Of a stretch of 64,000 nt of DNA, positions 1 through 15,410 are shown in pieces. Position 1 is the stretch's first letter, and each line of letters starts with the position of its first letter. A program made the translations under genes and the position numbers. Source of the DNA: the human T2T-CHM13v2.0 reference genome, Homo sapiens; assembly GCF_009914755.1 (NCBI RefSeq), contig NC_060927.1; one strand, written 5' to 3'. Under the pieces are notes generated by a model that saw only the letters and a list, made by a program, of their open reading frames with translations, was not told where the DNA came from and made no database searches.

Positions 1-19
1 GGAAGTAAAAGGATACAAA
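1..19 (+). CDS. CNTN4: CNTN4 coding exon, 3' tail only (…EVKGYK), last FN3 domain
   Basis: Bases 2-19 read GAA GTA AAA GGA TAC AAA, then donor GTAGGT at 20. Phase 0 joins to VLYRWNRQ of exon 10127, matching contactin-4. Confidence 0.85.
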
Positions 20-699
20 GTAGGTAATTTCTTTTTTGCAAAGGCACCTAATCGTGCTGTGAGTGGGGGCAGTCTCCTCCATGAATTATACAGTTGTCTG
101 CATTGTCAGTTTCCCTGGTGATGCTCTCCTACCCTCTAGGAATCGCTGCCTCCAACACGGTTTGATCTGAGTTGTATAAATAGTCTATGGCAATTGGTCA
201 GGATTTAGACAATCACCTTAACTTTAGTCTCAGGCAGCATCAATCAGAAATGGATAAAGACCCTGTGTTTGGGTCTCCAAAAATACCCTGAAGAACCACT
301 TTTTAAACATTCCTACTGTCAGCTTCGTTTTGCTCCTGTCTCGGTTTATATATATTTTTTAGTCAACTTAGTAGCCTCCTGGTATTACCAATGATTAATC
401 ATTTTTGTTCGTATGTTTCTATAGTCAAGAGTTATATAAAGAAAAAGAGAAAAGAGAGAAAAAGCAGGAAAAGTGGAGAAAATGTTTGCCTGACCCCATA
501 AATGTTGGCTTGTCTTTAATGAGAAAATGAAAAGAACATGTCTGTAGCCTTCTTGCAGCAATCAAAAAGGGTTATAAATATCTTGCAACGTTTCCAGCTA
601 CCTATTTGCTACCTAACAAACCAACCTGAAGCTAGGGGCTAAAACAGCAACAGTGTATCATTTTTTATGACTTTGCAATGTGGATAGGGCCAGAATGGA

Positions 700-925
700 C
701 AGATTTTAGGGCTGGAATAACTAAGATGCTTCTTCACACACTTTTGGCTTCTTGGATGGGATAGGTGGGAAAGCTGAGGCTGGCCAGTGATCATGCTCTC
801 TATGAGGCCTTTCCCCACGGATAACCTGGGCTTCCTCACAGTATGGTGACCTCAGAGTAGTCGGATTTCTTACATAGTTGTCAGCTTCAAGAGGAAGAAA
901 GCAGAAGCTGCCAGCCCTTTTAAAA
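700..925 (-). mobile_element. MLT1-like (ERVL-MaLR) LTR fragment, interrupted by the L1
   Basis: Motifs ctgggcttcctcacagtatggtg and gcagaagctgccagccctttt are typical of MLT1 LTRs. Confidence 0.55.
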
Positions 926-1986
926 GCTAAGGATGGACGTGGGCAGTTCCAAGATGGCCAAATAGGAACAGCTCCAGTCTATAGCTCCCAGCGTGAGCAA
1001 CGCAGTAGACTGGTGATTTCTACATTTCCAACTGAGGTACTGGGTTCATCTCAATGGGGCTTGTCGGACAGTGGGCGCAGGACAGTGGGGGAAGTGCACC
1101 GAGCATAAGCTGAAGCAGGGCGAGGCATCGCCTCACCTGGGAAGGGCAAAGGGTCAAGGAATTCCCTTTCCTAGCCAAGCAAAGCTGTGACAGACAGCAC
1201 CTGGAAGATCAGGGCACTCCCACCCTAATACTAATACTGCGCTTTTCCAATGGTCTTAGCAAACGGCACACCAGGAGATTATATCCCATGCATGGCTCAG
1301 AGGGTCCCATGCCCGGCTCAGAGGGTCCCATGCCCACAGAGCCTTGCTCGTTGCTAGCACAGCAGTCTGAGATCGAACTGCAAGGCAGCAGTGAGGCTGG
1401 GGGAGGGGGCGCCTGCCATTGCTGAGGCTTGAGTAGGTAAATAGCGGCCTGGAAGCTCAAACTGGGTGGAGCCCACTGCAGCTCAAGGAGGCCTGCCTGC
1501 CTCCTTGCCCTCTGGGGGCAGGGCATAGCCAAACAAAAGGCAGCAGAAACCTCTGCAGACTTAAATGTCCCTGTCTGACAGCTTTGAAGAGAATAGTGTT
1601 TCCCCCAGCACGGAGTTTGAGATCTGAGAATGGACAGACTCCCTCCTCAAGTGGTTCCCTGACCCCCGAGTAGCCTAACTGGGAGGTACCCCCCAGTAGG
1701 GGCAGACTGACACCTCACACAGCCAGGTACCCCTCTGAGACAAAACTTCCAGAGGAACGATCAGGCAGCAACATTTGCTGTTCAGCAATATTTGCTGTTT
1801 TGCAGCCTCCGCTGCTGAAACCCAGGCAAACAGGGTCTGGAGTGGACCTCCAGCAAACTCCAGCAGACCTGCAGCTGAGGGTCCTGACTGTTAGAAGGAA
1901 CACTAACAAACAGAAAGGACATCCACACCAAAACCCCATCTGTACGTCACCATCATCAAAGACCAAAGGTAGATAAAACCACAGAT

Positions 1987-3002
1987 ATGGGGAAAAAATA
2001 GAGCAGAAAAACTGAAAATTCTAAAAATCAGAGCACCTCTCCTCCTCCAAAGGAACGCACCTCCTCACCAGCAATGGAAAAAGCTGGATGGAGAATGACT
2101 TTGATGAGTTGAGAGAAGAAGGCTTCAGATGACCAAACTTCTCCGAGCTAAAGGAGGAAGTTCGAACCCATCCCAAAGAAGTTGAAAACCTTGAAAAAAG
2201 GTTAGACAAATGGCTAACTAGACTAACCAATGTAGAGAAGTCCTTAAATGACCTGATGGAGCTGAAAACCATGGCACGAGAACTACATGACGAAGGCACA
2301 AGCTTCAGTAGCCAATTCGATCAGCTGGAAGAAAGGGTACCTGTGATGGAAGATCAAATGAATGAAATGAAGCAAGAAGAGAAGTTTAGAGAAAAAAGAA
2401 TGAAAAGAAACGAACAAAGCCTCCAAGAAATAAGGGACTATGTGAAAAGACCAAATCTACGTCTGATTGGTGTACCTGAAAGTGACGGGGAGAATGGAAC
2501 CAAGTTGGAAAACACTCTGCAGGATATTATCCAGGAGAACTTCCCCAGCCTAGCAAGGCAGGCCAACATTCAAATTCAGGAAATACAGAGAATGCCACAA
2601 AGATAGTCCTCGAGAAGAGCAACTCCAAGACACATAATTGTCAGATTCACCAAAGTCGAAATGAAGGAAAAAATGTTAAGGGCAGCCAGAGAGAAAGGTC
2701 AGGTTACCCACAAAGGGAAGCCCATCAGACTAATAGCGGATCTCTTGGCAGAAACTCTACAAGCCAGAAGAGAGTGGGGGCCAATATTCAACATTCTTAA
2801 AGAAAAGAATTTTCAATCCAGAACTTCATATCCAGCCAAACTAAGCTTCATCAGTGAAGGAGAAATAAAATCCTTTACAGACAAGCAAATGCTGAGAGAT
2901 TTTGTCACCACCAGGCCTGCCCTAAAAGTGCTCCTGAAGGAAGCACTAAACATGGAAAGGAACAGCCAGTACCAGCCTCTGCAAAAACATGCCAAATTGT
3001 AA
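1987..3002 (+). pseudogene. L1 ORF1p, disabled
   Basis: ATG GGG AAA AAA TAG (stop at codon 5), a frameshift near 2078 and TAG at 2604. Track fragments 2256..2606 and 2661..3002 are ORF1p sequence. Confidence 0.92.
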
Positions 3003-3065
3003 AGACCATTGATGCTAGGAAGAAACTGCATCAACTACCGAGCAAAATAACCAGCTAACATCATA

Positions 3066-4281
<1,216 letters not shown>

Positions 4282-4496
4282 TAACAGGGTTAGACCAGAT
4301 GGTAGGAAAGGACACTTTCTGAGTTCTTCTTAATTTCCAGCTCAGTCACTCCCCCTTCTTTTTAGGAGTGGTACTGGAAGAGCCAGACACCCTACACCTC
4401 CTCAACTACACCCCAAGGAAGGTCACTGTAACTGGCTATACATTTTGAATTGCTACATATACATGTGAATGTTTAGAGATACATAATTTAAAGCTA

Positions 4497-4801
4497 CAGG
4501 TATCCACAGGTTCCATACTCTCAAATGTGGATCAAAAATATTCAGGAAAAAAAACACACAAAAAAATACAATGAAAATGACACAGATTTTAAAAACAATA
4601 CAGTATAACAACTATTTACATACCATTTACATTATATTAGGTATTATGAGTAATCTAAAGTTGATTTAAAGTATACGGAAAGATATGCTTAGGTTATACA
4701 CAAATTCTATACCATTGTATATCCAGGACTTGAGTATCCACAGATTTTGGTATTTTAGGGAGGTCCTGAAGCCAGTTCCCTGAATTACCAAGGTACCAAT
4801 G
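4497..4801 (-). mobile_element. MER2-like (TcMar-Tigger) DNA transposon relic
   Basis: Matches the MER2 core in reverse (cagtataacaactatttacat…gacttgagtatccacagattttggtat). Confidence 0.75.
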
Positions 4802-4807
4802 AATAAC

Positions 4808-4817
4808 TCTCTCTCTT

Positions 4818-4849
<32 letters not shown>

Positions 4850-4878
4850 TGTGTGTGTATTTGTGTGTGTGTATGTGT
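4808..4878. repeat. Compound (CT)n(GT)n microsatellite
   Basis: Seen directly. Confidence 0.95.
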
Positions 4879-5387
4879 GGTACCTCCCGTGATATCTCAC
4901 GTCCCATGATAGCTCAGGAAACTCTCCCTAGTGTCACTTTTAGGGTGAGATTAGAGGCTGAATAAAAAGCGGATCTGATTGCAACGGAAGAGTTGACCTT
5001 TGCTAGAGAATTTGACCCATTAAATATGGCTATTGTTTATCTCAGACTGACCCTTTCCAAAATTAAGTTTTCCTCCCAAATACTGAACATGTTGGGGTGT
5101 GGGTTTATTTTCCCTTCTTCACTAAGTTGTCTGAATTCTTTAGATCTCAGCTTAGGTAGACAGTCTCAACAAGAAGCTGACTTTAGAAAGTTTAAGGCCC
5201 CAAATATTTTGTCAGCACAAATCCTTAAGCTACTTTATGGCATTAGAGCTAAAAGGAGAGCATCTGGTTTTAGTATCACAAATTAAACTACCTGCAGGGC
5301 CAGGCAGATAACATAAATGAGTTCTGTTCAGTCCATTCAGAAACTACTACTAATACGTCTACTAAGCACTGTTCCAATTCATCTTAA

Positions 5388-5777
<390 letters not shown>

Positions 5778-6259
5778 TAGTCACTTGCCTTTCACACAGC
5801 TGGTATGTTGAAGACCTGGGATCCGAATACAGCAGTATGGATCCTGAGTTCTACATTTAGCCACTTGGTGCTTCTGCCTACCAGCCATAAATAAATAGAG
5901 TAAGTGATAACAAAGTACTGCAGAGAAAAAGAGGCCAGAGTGAGGGGAATAGAGAAAGCCATGGAGTGGACAGGAGAGATGTATTATTTTATAGAAAGGC
6001 CAAGGAAAGCCACTTTTAAGTGGTGAGATTTCAGTTGGGCCTTGGCACCTCTCTGGGAATGTCCCAAGTACTGCAAAAAAGGAAGTGCAAAGGTCCAGAG
6101 GTAGGCATGTGACAATGTAGCAACATTGGAAGTGTTGGGACTATCACCAACTGCAGAGTTTGTGATTGTTCAGAATGAGACTTCTCAACTCCAACCAGTT
6201 GTTGGCAGACAGGAATATAGATCACTGGCTTAGTCTATTTTATTCTGGATCGCACTTTT

Positions 6260-6512
6260 GTAGAGTCTTACTCAGGAACAGAATACCTGAGACTGGGCAA
6301 TTAATATGAACAGAAGTTTATTGACACCCAGTGCTGGGAGGGAGAGGGATAGAGAGCTGACTCGCCCTTTTACAACAGTGCTAATTCCATCTGTGAGGGT
6401 GAGCCTAATCACCTCATGGCCTAATTATCTCTTCAAGGTTCACCTGTTAATACAGTTAAAATGGCGAATTTCAACATGAGTTTTGGAGAGGACAAGCATC
6501 CAAAGCATAGCA
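6260..6512 (-). mobile_element. MST/MLT1A-like MaLR LTR
   Basis: acagaatacctgagactggg…ctaatcacctc…tttcaacatgagttttggagaggaca…catagca. Confidence 0.7.
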
Positions 6513-6778
6513 ACCAGTGTGGCCATATCTTCCAGTTTTTCAGTAGAACCCACAAATTTTTAATGTCTAATTTCTCGGTTTTTAAATGTTCACGTCTAAC
6601 TCAAAAAAAATAACACTATGACAGCCAAACAAATAATATATGCAGGCTGGTTATGACCCATGGGCCACTAGTTTTTTGCTGTCTAACTCCCTTGGTTTGT
6701 GTTCCCAAAGACAGATGCCAGAGAGGGAAAGCAATTTGCCCAGAGCCCTACAGGTGGTAGCCAAGGTAGTCTTCGTTA

Positions 6779-7102
<324 letters not shown>

Positions 7103-7268
7103 ATCCAGGCTCTGGAGCCAGACTGCCTAGGTTTGAATGCAGGATCCGCCACTTACCAGTCATGAGACCGGGCAATTGCTTCACATCTCCACATCTCAAG
7201 TTCTCATCTTTGAAATCAGAATAATAACATTGCCTTCCTTAAGAGGTTATCCACATAAGCATTTAGAA

Positions 7269-7492
7269 CAAGCTTGTACAGCCCACAGCCCACAGGCTAC
7301 ATGTGGCCCAAGATGGCTTTGAATGTGGCCCAACACAAATTCATAAACTTTCTTAAAACATCGTAAGATGTTTTTTGCAATTTTTTAAAAGTTCATCAGC
7401 TATCATTAGTGTTAGTGTATTTTATGTGTGGCCCAAGACAATTTTTCTTCTTCCAGTGTGGTCCAGGGAAGCCAAAAGATTGGACACCCCTG
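7269..7492 (-). mobile_element. MER30 (hAT-Charlie) nested in a MIR
   Basis: MER30 sequence ending ttggacacccctg; perfect 8-bp TSD atttagaa at 7261 and 7493. Confidence 0.88.
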
Positions 7493-8230
7493 ATTTAGAA
7501 CACACAGTGTTCAGACATTAAATAGTGGAAGTAGTCTATAATATTTGCTATTATCATTATTCCCACAAATCCATTCTTTCCCCTTGTCTTCCACCCTAGA
7601 TTATATCAAATGCAAGCACAGCCTTCAATCAGCTCAAGCAAGTGTTTGGTGTAAATAAAGGCTTTACAGGACTTTATTTGGGTTCTGCTGCAGTCCATAA
7701 TACTGCAAGACTGATAAGCAGTGCTGATAAAAGTGCTGCTTTTTCCTGGAAGTGTTTCTTTTGGATTTATATTTGAAACAAGTTGAATCCTCTGAGCTCT
7801 TGCAAGGACCAGAGGTAAATCAAAGCAGCAATTTATTCCTCAAAGCCAGATGTGACCTTGCATCCCATCAGCCCATTCTCCTGGAGGGCCGTGATGAGAA
7901 GCTTTGACACTCTTGAATGTGCCTGAGGATTTATCTGTGCCTAATCATCAGCAAGGGGATGCTGGGTCTGATACAACTGATGCTGCGGAGAAGAAGGGGA
8001 CGCTTATGAATCTTTCTACCTTAAGGAAATTGTGTTTTCCACCTTGTGTTAGAGAGATATAAATTAAGGTGATGAAATGCCAGGGAACAGATGGGTTCTA
8101 AACCATTCTAAAGGAATTTTATGAATTTCACTTGTGTCTGGTTTTGTCTTGAGACACAAGAGTGACCTTATGTCTGTAGCCTCAGCAGATCAGAATTTAT
8201 AAGGGATCTTAGGGAAGGATGAGCTAATCT

Positions 8231-8411
8231 CGTGCTTCTCAACGCATGATCCCTGGACCATCAGCACTGGCATTAGCTGGGAACTTGTCAGAAATGCAGA
8301 TTTTCAGGTCCCATCCCAGAACTAATCACAAACTCCAGGAATGGGGCCCAGCAATTTGTGTTCTAACAAGTTCTCCAGGTGATTCTGTTCACGCTTGAAT
8401 TTGAGAACTAC
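8231..8411. mobile_element. MER5A (hAT-Charlie)
   Basis: gcttctcaa…gggaacttgtcagaaatgcagat…ggtgattct…ttgagaact. Confidence 0.8.
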
Positions 8412-8574
8412 GCGTCTAATTCATCTAATCATGATGCCTATCCCATATTAACATCTCCTGATGATCTTTTAGAAAACAACTACAGCATGGATCCCACCTC
8501 TGTGCAGTCTTAGGCAGGCTAGAGTGGAACTGGAGCGGGGTTACTGACCTCCTCACAGTCAACACTTTGAGCTA

Positions 8575-8753
8575 GAGAGTTCTTTGTTGCGGGGCTGCTC
8601 TGTGCATTGTAGACTGTTCAGCAGCATCCCTGATCTCTCTATCCACTACAACAGGAGGACATGTTTTGACAAACATGTCTGCAGACATTGCCAGATACCT
8701 CCCTGTGAGGCAAAATTGCTCCCCTGCCCCTCCCACCCTGTTGAAAACCACTG
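8575..8753 (-). mobile_element. MER20 fragment
   Basis: cagcagcatccctg…gtctgcagacattgccaga…ttgaaaaccactg. Confidence 0.75.
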
Positions 8754-9324
8754 AGCTACAGCATAAGTATTTTACAAGCACCCCAATGGTTCTAACATGC
8801 AGCCAGGACCAAAAACCACTGACCTCATCCAACCCTATCTTTTTGTCAGGGGAAACTACAGAGGATGAGCTTTAGTGGTTCTATAGGTAAAGGCACACTT
8901 TCCCAGACCTGTATATTTTGTTCCTGATTGGAGTAAATCCAATCACAGCAGGCAATCCCAGGTAAGTGAATGTGTTTTTAGGAGGCTAGTTGGCCACCTC
9001 ATCAAATGAATCCACCTCCAAACTCAGAACCCATGGGGGGCCCAAGATGAAAACAGGACTGTTGCAAGCTGCAGATATGTCCAGGGTGACAATGGTTGCC
9101 TCTTTGCTACCTAGCCCCATAAAGTGGGGTTCCAGAGGAAAGGAATGGGAGGTTACTACTCTTGCCTTTCCGATATCTTCTCCCTGTGCTGAAATGTCCT
9201 GTCTCTAAGAGTCGTGATCATAACTTATTGTGCCTGGCTTGTGCTCTAACCTTTGCCATGTATGTTCTCTGATTATCTTTAAGCCTTCAGAGATACTATT
9301 TCTTACATGCTTCCTCTAAGCTAG

Positions 9325-9733
<409 letters not shown>

Positions 9734-10126
9734 TGAAAGGTGAAGTGGCCTGTGATCCCACAGTGGCCAAGTTTATTCTGATGCCAAAGCACCGATGTGT
9801 AACTGAGCACTGTACATCCTTAAGGAGCTACTCATATTTTCCACTTTCCCAAGAGTGTCAACTGAGCCTCCGAGAGGCTAGGCAGTAGGTAGAATCACGT
9901 TGCTGATGCCCCTGATATAATATCCTTTCAGCTCTTTCCTTGGAATAAAATGGTAGCTGCAGTCATGGCCCTCACTGCAAATGAGCCTTCCAAATGCAAG
10001 TGGGCAGCCAGACAACCTCTACATCCCTGCATTTTGCTCGTGCCCAGAGGTGAAAACAAATGAATGCTCCATATTTGGGACCTTTGTGAAGACGGCAGGT
10101 GACACCTGTTCTTTCTGTATTGGCAG

Positions 10127-10295
10127 GTCTTGTACAGATGGAACAGACAAAGCAGCACATCTGTCATTGAAACAAATAAAACATCGGTGGAGCTTTCTTT
10201 GCCTTTCGATGAAGATTATATAATAGAAATTAAGCCATTCAGCGACGGAGGAGATGGCAGCAGCAGTGAACAAATTCGAATTCCAAAGATATCAA
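10127..10295 (+). CDS. CNTN4: CNTN4 penultimate coding exon ([56 protein letters not shown])
   Basis: Acceptor ttctttctgtattggcag, donor A|gtgag. FN3 C-terminus with the contactin GDG motif; overlaps track ORF 10130..10405. Confidence 0.95.
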
Positions 10296-10939
10296 GTGAG
10301 AATGCCTTTTTTTCTCCCTTTTCTCCTGCCTGTCTTATCTTATCAGCCTTCCAGATGAGTCAGGGCTTGAAAGACATTCAGCCTGCAAAAGCAGACTTAA
10401 AATAGAAATGGAGAACACTACCCCCCTTCTCCAGATGTTTGCTGGCCATAGGCAGTTTCATGCAAAAATCAGTTTGCCCGTGTTGACTGATCTACTCAGT
10501 TGCTAATCAAAAATCAGATTAAAGCAGACCCGAATTAGTCACTAAGGTTTTTCCGTGTCAACCTGTGTAGTTTGCATTGCATCTATTGTAGCCCCAGAAT
10601 TACAGTTTAGAAAGTGAAAAGCATTGACTCAGTCAGAAGGAACAAGGACAAGCATTGTTAAGTATGCCGTAGCAGTTTTTCTCCAGTGAAACAGTGTATG
10701 CAGTTCAGTATCTTGGAAATATTTGGAATTTACTACTTATTTTCAATGGGTATATGCAACATGTGCATCAATGTGTATGTCTCTCTATAGTCAAGATTAT
10801 CTTCACTTTCAAATGTTGTTGAATAGCATGGGAGAATAGCATATTCTTTTTGAGCAAATACATTCAATTCTGTTTTTACAAATACCATGTTTGTAAGTAT
10901 CTTAAGAGCATGATTTTTTTGTTGTTGTGTGTGATCTCA

Positions 10940-11190
10940 TTTATTTAAAGAAAAAAAACAAAATAGCCAAATCCGTGGAGACAGAAGTGAGGCTAGTGAT
11001 TGGCAGTGGCTGGTCAGTGGGGAATGGGGGTTTAGGCACTGGGTCTTCATTTGGGGTGACACAAAAGTTATGGAGCTTGAGAGTGGTGCTGGTTGCACAA
11101 CACTGGAGTATACTTAGTACCACTGATTTGTACATTTTAAATGAGTTAAAATGCTAATTTTGTTATGTGTATTTTACAGCAATAAAAAAA
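10940..11190 (+). mobile_element. Old L1M 3'-end fragment
   Basis: aaatccgtggagacagaag…gtggtgctggttgcacaaca…aataaaaaaaa. Confidence 0.7.
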
Positions 11191-11919
11191 AGACTGTGGT
11201 TAGATATCTAAGTGTAGACTTTCACAGGCTTTCAGATTTCAGTCTGGAGATTAGGGGAGCAGTGAAGGCTGGAGGTATAAATTTTCAAGACATTGGTAAA
11301 AAGATGATATTTTAAATTATGGACAAAATCCTCACCACCATCCTGACTTTTAGCCATGTGACATCCCTCTGCTAAGGGGTGATATGCCAGTGTTTCTGGA
11401 TGGAGTTTATATTTACTGCATCTTTTTTGCATACAAACACAAAAGGCATTTTTGTCTTAAAAGGGGGACAATTGGATTATACTTTATCAAACAAAGCCTC
11501 TAACTTCTATCGAAAGGGAGCTAGATTTTTGGTGAGATGTGGAAGTAAAATCTCCAGGCCACGAAAATACAAGATTGGGGCTTATCTATCTCGCTTCATT
11601 AAAAATCTGACTTTATACTTCATACTTTCTTATCATTGCAGGGATTGACATTTTTAGATAGACTGATGATTCCTGGTTTTATTCATTACAAAAACATATA
11701 TTAAGCAATTATATTGGTGTAATTATTAGATAACAAGGAAGTGACTGTGAACCAAACATGATCTGTTTCAAGAGATTTTTCATCATGTTGGTCAAAGAGA
11801 CCTTACAAGATTGAAGAACCCCCGAATGACAGTTGATAGCTTCTTACTATGAAAAGTGTAAGACCCATAAGAAAATTTAAAAAAGGATTGAGGCTATTTT
11901 GTTTGCAGAAAAGGGGTAG

Positions 11920-12075
11920 ATTTAGACAGACATGGGTTTGAACCCCAGTTTAGCCATTTACTAGCTGGGTGATCTTAGATAAGTTACTTTATTTCTCTGG
12001 GCGCAAATTACCGCCATCTGTTAAGCGAGGTAATAATAATACCTGGCCTTCATCCAGTTTTTGCAAGATTTAAGT
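11920..12075 (+). mobile_element. MIR
   Basis: gggtttgaacccc…ttactagctgggtgatcttagataagttact core. Confidence 0.7.
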
Positions 12076-12443
12076 GTCATATTCATCTGTGCCCAGCAGA
12101 AAGATAGAGTTCAAAAGGGAGCAGCAATTTTCATTTTGTTGAATCATCGACATAGCATGCTGTTTATCAGTATTGTTACTAGTAATATTGAAGTTTCTTC
12201 TCACATTAGATAGGAACCTCCTTACTTTACAAATGCTTTGACAGAGGTACAGGGCTGTCCTATACCCTACTCCCAGGTTTGTAGCTTGGTAGTCATAGAA
12301 CTGATATTTAAAAGCCATTAAGACCTTGATCATCATTTCCAGTAGAATCCATGCAGTTCTGCTGTTTCAAAAAGCCCCGTGGCCCCTCTTCCCTTTGAAG
12401 CCGGGATGGGGCTGTTTTGAGTGAATTTGTTCTCTCTTTTCAG

Positions 12444-12544
12444 ATGCCTACGCGAGAGGATCTGGGGCTTCCACTTCGAATGCATGTACGCTGTCAGCCA
12501 TCAGTACAATAATGATTTCCCTCACAGCTAGGTCCAGTTTATGA
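12444..12544 (+). CDS. CNTN4: CNTN4 last coding exon ([33 protein letters not shown]), GPI-anchor signal
   Basis: Acceptor ttctctcttttcag. Phase 1 completes codon A|AT; small-residue region then hydrophobic tail; TGA at 12542-12544. Confidence 0.95.
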
Positions 12545-14285
12545 CAAAAGTTATCTGAAGGACTTGCTGTTTATAATATAAGCAACATTTAGCTAGTTGT
12601 TTTGAAGACACCCAGTACTAAGTAATATTGTTGTTCAAGTACATCTTATTACTGGAATAAAAATGTTTTTTGCTTCTTTAGGAATGGCATTATACAGTAC
12701 TTCCTCAAAGCAAATCTAGCTTTGTCTGAAGTTTCTTTGGAAACTCTGCAATGCACTGAAGACATCTGTAATATGATGTTACCAAAGCAGTTTACATATG
12801 TCCTTATATGCATATTTTTTATTATATATTTAGTGTTTTATAGAATTTTTTAAAGTTAACATATAATGTAGATATTAATTTTTTCCTCGGCTGTAAAATG
12901 CTATGGGCAACACAATCATGCAATTATAATTTGAAAATATTTCCTTTAAAGACAGAGTTTGAAACTCATCTTGGTAAATAAATTGCAAATTACTCGTACA
13001 GTTTTACAAGGATCTCATGGCAGAACAGCGGAAGACTTGGTCCGTAACTCAAGGCTGTTGTATGCAAACTACTCTTCTAGTGGTTAATGCACTTGACATG
13101 TACAGTATGTTTCCCATGCCGTTGTGATTTTGACATGTACAGTATGTTTTCATGCCGTTGTGAATTTTGTTGTTCAACCCAACTTGAGATGGTTTCAGGA
13201 ATGGCTGCAATCTCAAAAGCTCAATGTACTGCCCAAGAGGCACCTTGTGCAATATTCCCATCCCTGAATTTAGCATTGTACAGGAAGATTTTCTTTTCAC
13301 TCAACTGAGTTAGCATTGTCTTTGTGGTAGCATTATCTTAGACATTAAATTTGAAGTAACATATATCCTGTAGTAACATAGACCCAAAGTTACTATAGTC
13401 AACCAAGTCTTTCAAAGGATAAAAGATCATTTTATTATCTTTAACTGTATCTATTTTGAATGTAAATTTAAAAAAAGTAATTCTCTGTCAATGGATTCGT
13501 AATTTCTTTACAAAATTTCTTATATATAATATGTGTATCTCTGTAATAATAGAGCCCTTCTTTTGAATCAAAATTACATATGGACTTTGGAAGATTGCTC
13601 CTATTTCAACAAATAGTTGCTGCAAGAATTTTTAATATGACTCTATAAAAGCTCTTTAGTACAATTGTATGGTTTCTTGATGATTCTGTTTTGCAATAGG
13701 TAGCCTAGTTGCTTTATATGCTTTACCTTCTAGGTCTTAAAATCACACATTGGAAAATGACAATATCAACAAAACTGTATTCTTATGAAAAGAACTATTT
13801 GTTACAATGAGAAAGGTTTTGTGAGTAAACCCTACTGGACAGTGACATAAAAGGCAATGGAATTTTCTATAAACATTTTCTCATGTAAACATGCTGCCAC
13901 CTTTTCTTCTTTCTCAGAGAACTCAAATTTGCTATAGTTTGTCATTTTTGCTTACAAATAATATAACTTTTCAACCTTCTAGTTATATTTATCCAATAAA
14001 GTCATAATCGGGATTCCATTTGTGTAAAAACTAGGGTGGTAACCGGAAAAAAATATTGTCAGTATTTCAAGCTGTGTTCCTTTCTTAGTTTGATATGGTC
14101 ACTTCTATGTTGAAATAAAATTTAAAATCACATGCAAAAAAAAAATCAGCAAAATAATAAAATGAACGAAAAAAAATGACACCCAGGGAGTTCCCAACCC
14201 CAGTGTAAATGATATTTACCAGTGATCTAGCATATGTAATCTTTTTTAAAGGTATTGTTAATAAATATTCTGTCATTTGTAAAGA
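12545..14285 (+). other. CNTN4: CNTN4 3'UTR with several poly(A) signals
   Basis: AT-rich and free of obvious interspersed repeats. AATAAA at 12656, 13995, 14114 and 14260; the end point is inferred from the last signal. Confidence 0.7.
13093..13168. repeat. ~37-bp tandem duplication in the CNTN4 3'UTR
   Basis: ttgacatgtacagtatgttt…catgccgttgtga occurs twice. Confidence 0.9.
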
Positions 14286-14623
14286 TACTTGTCTTTCGGG
14301 AGCATTTTTCCTGCCTGCCTGTCAGGGAATTTGTTAGCTTACCTTTGTGCTAGTTATAATTTGGGATCATAGAGGGACTCAAAAGTCTCTACCCAAATCT
14401 AGATGACCCAGAGCTTTTCCTTTGGAATTGACAACCCTGAAGCACCATTTCAAATCCTCTTTGGAAGTAGAGAGGGTCCTAATCCACAAGTAAATGTCCT
14501 GAAGATGAGACTTGAATATTTTCTCTTGATTAGCTAAGTCTTTTGTATATTTACTGTAAGTATATCTGTTGTTTCCCTCACCCCCCATTGCTAAAAGGGT
14601 AAGTTCTAAGCTTGAGCATTTAA

Positions 14624-15410
<787 letters not shown>

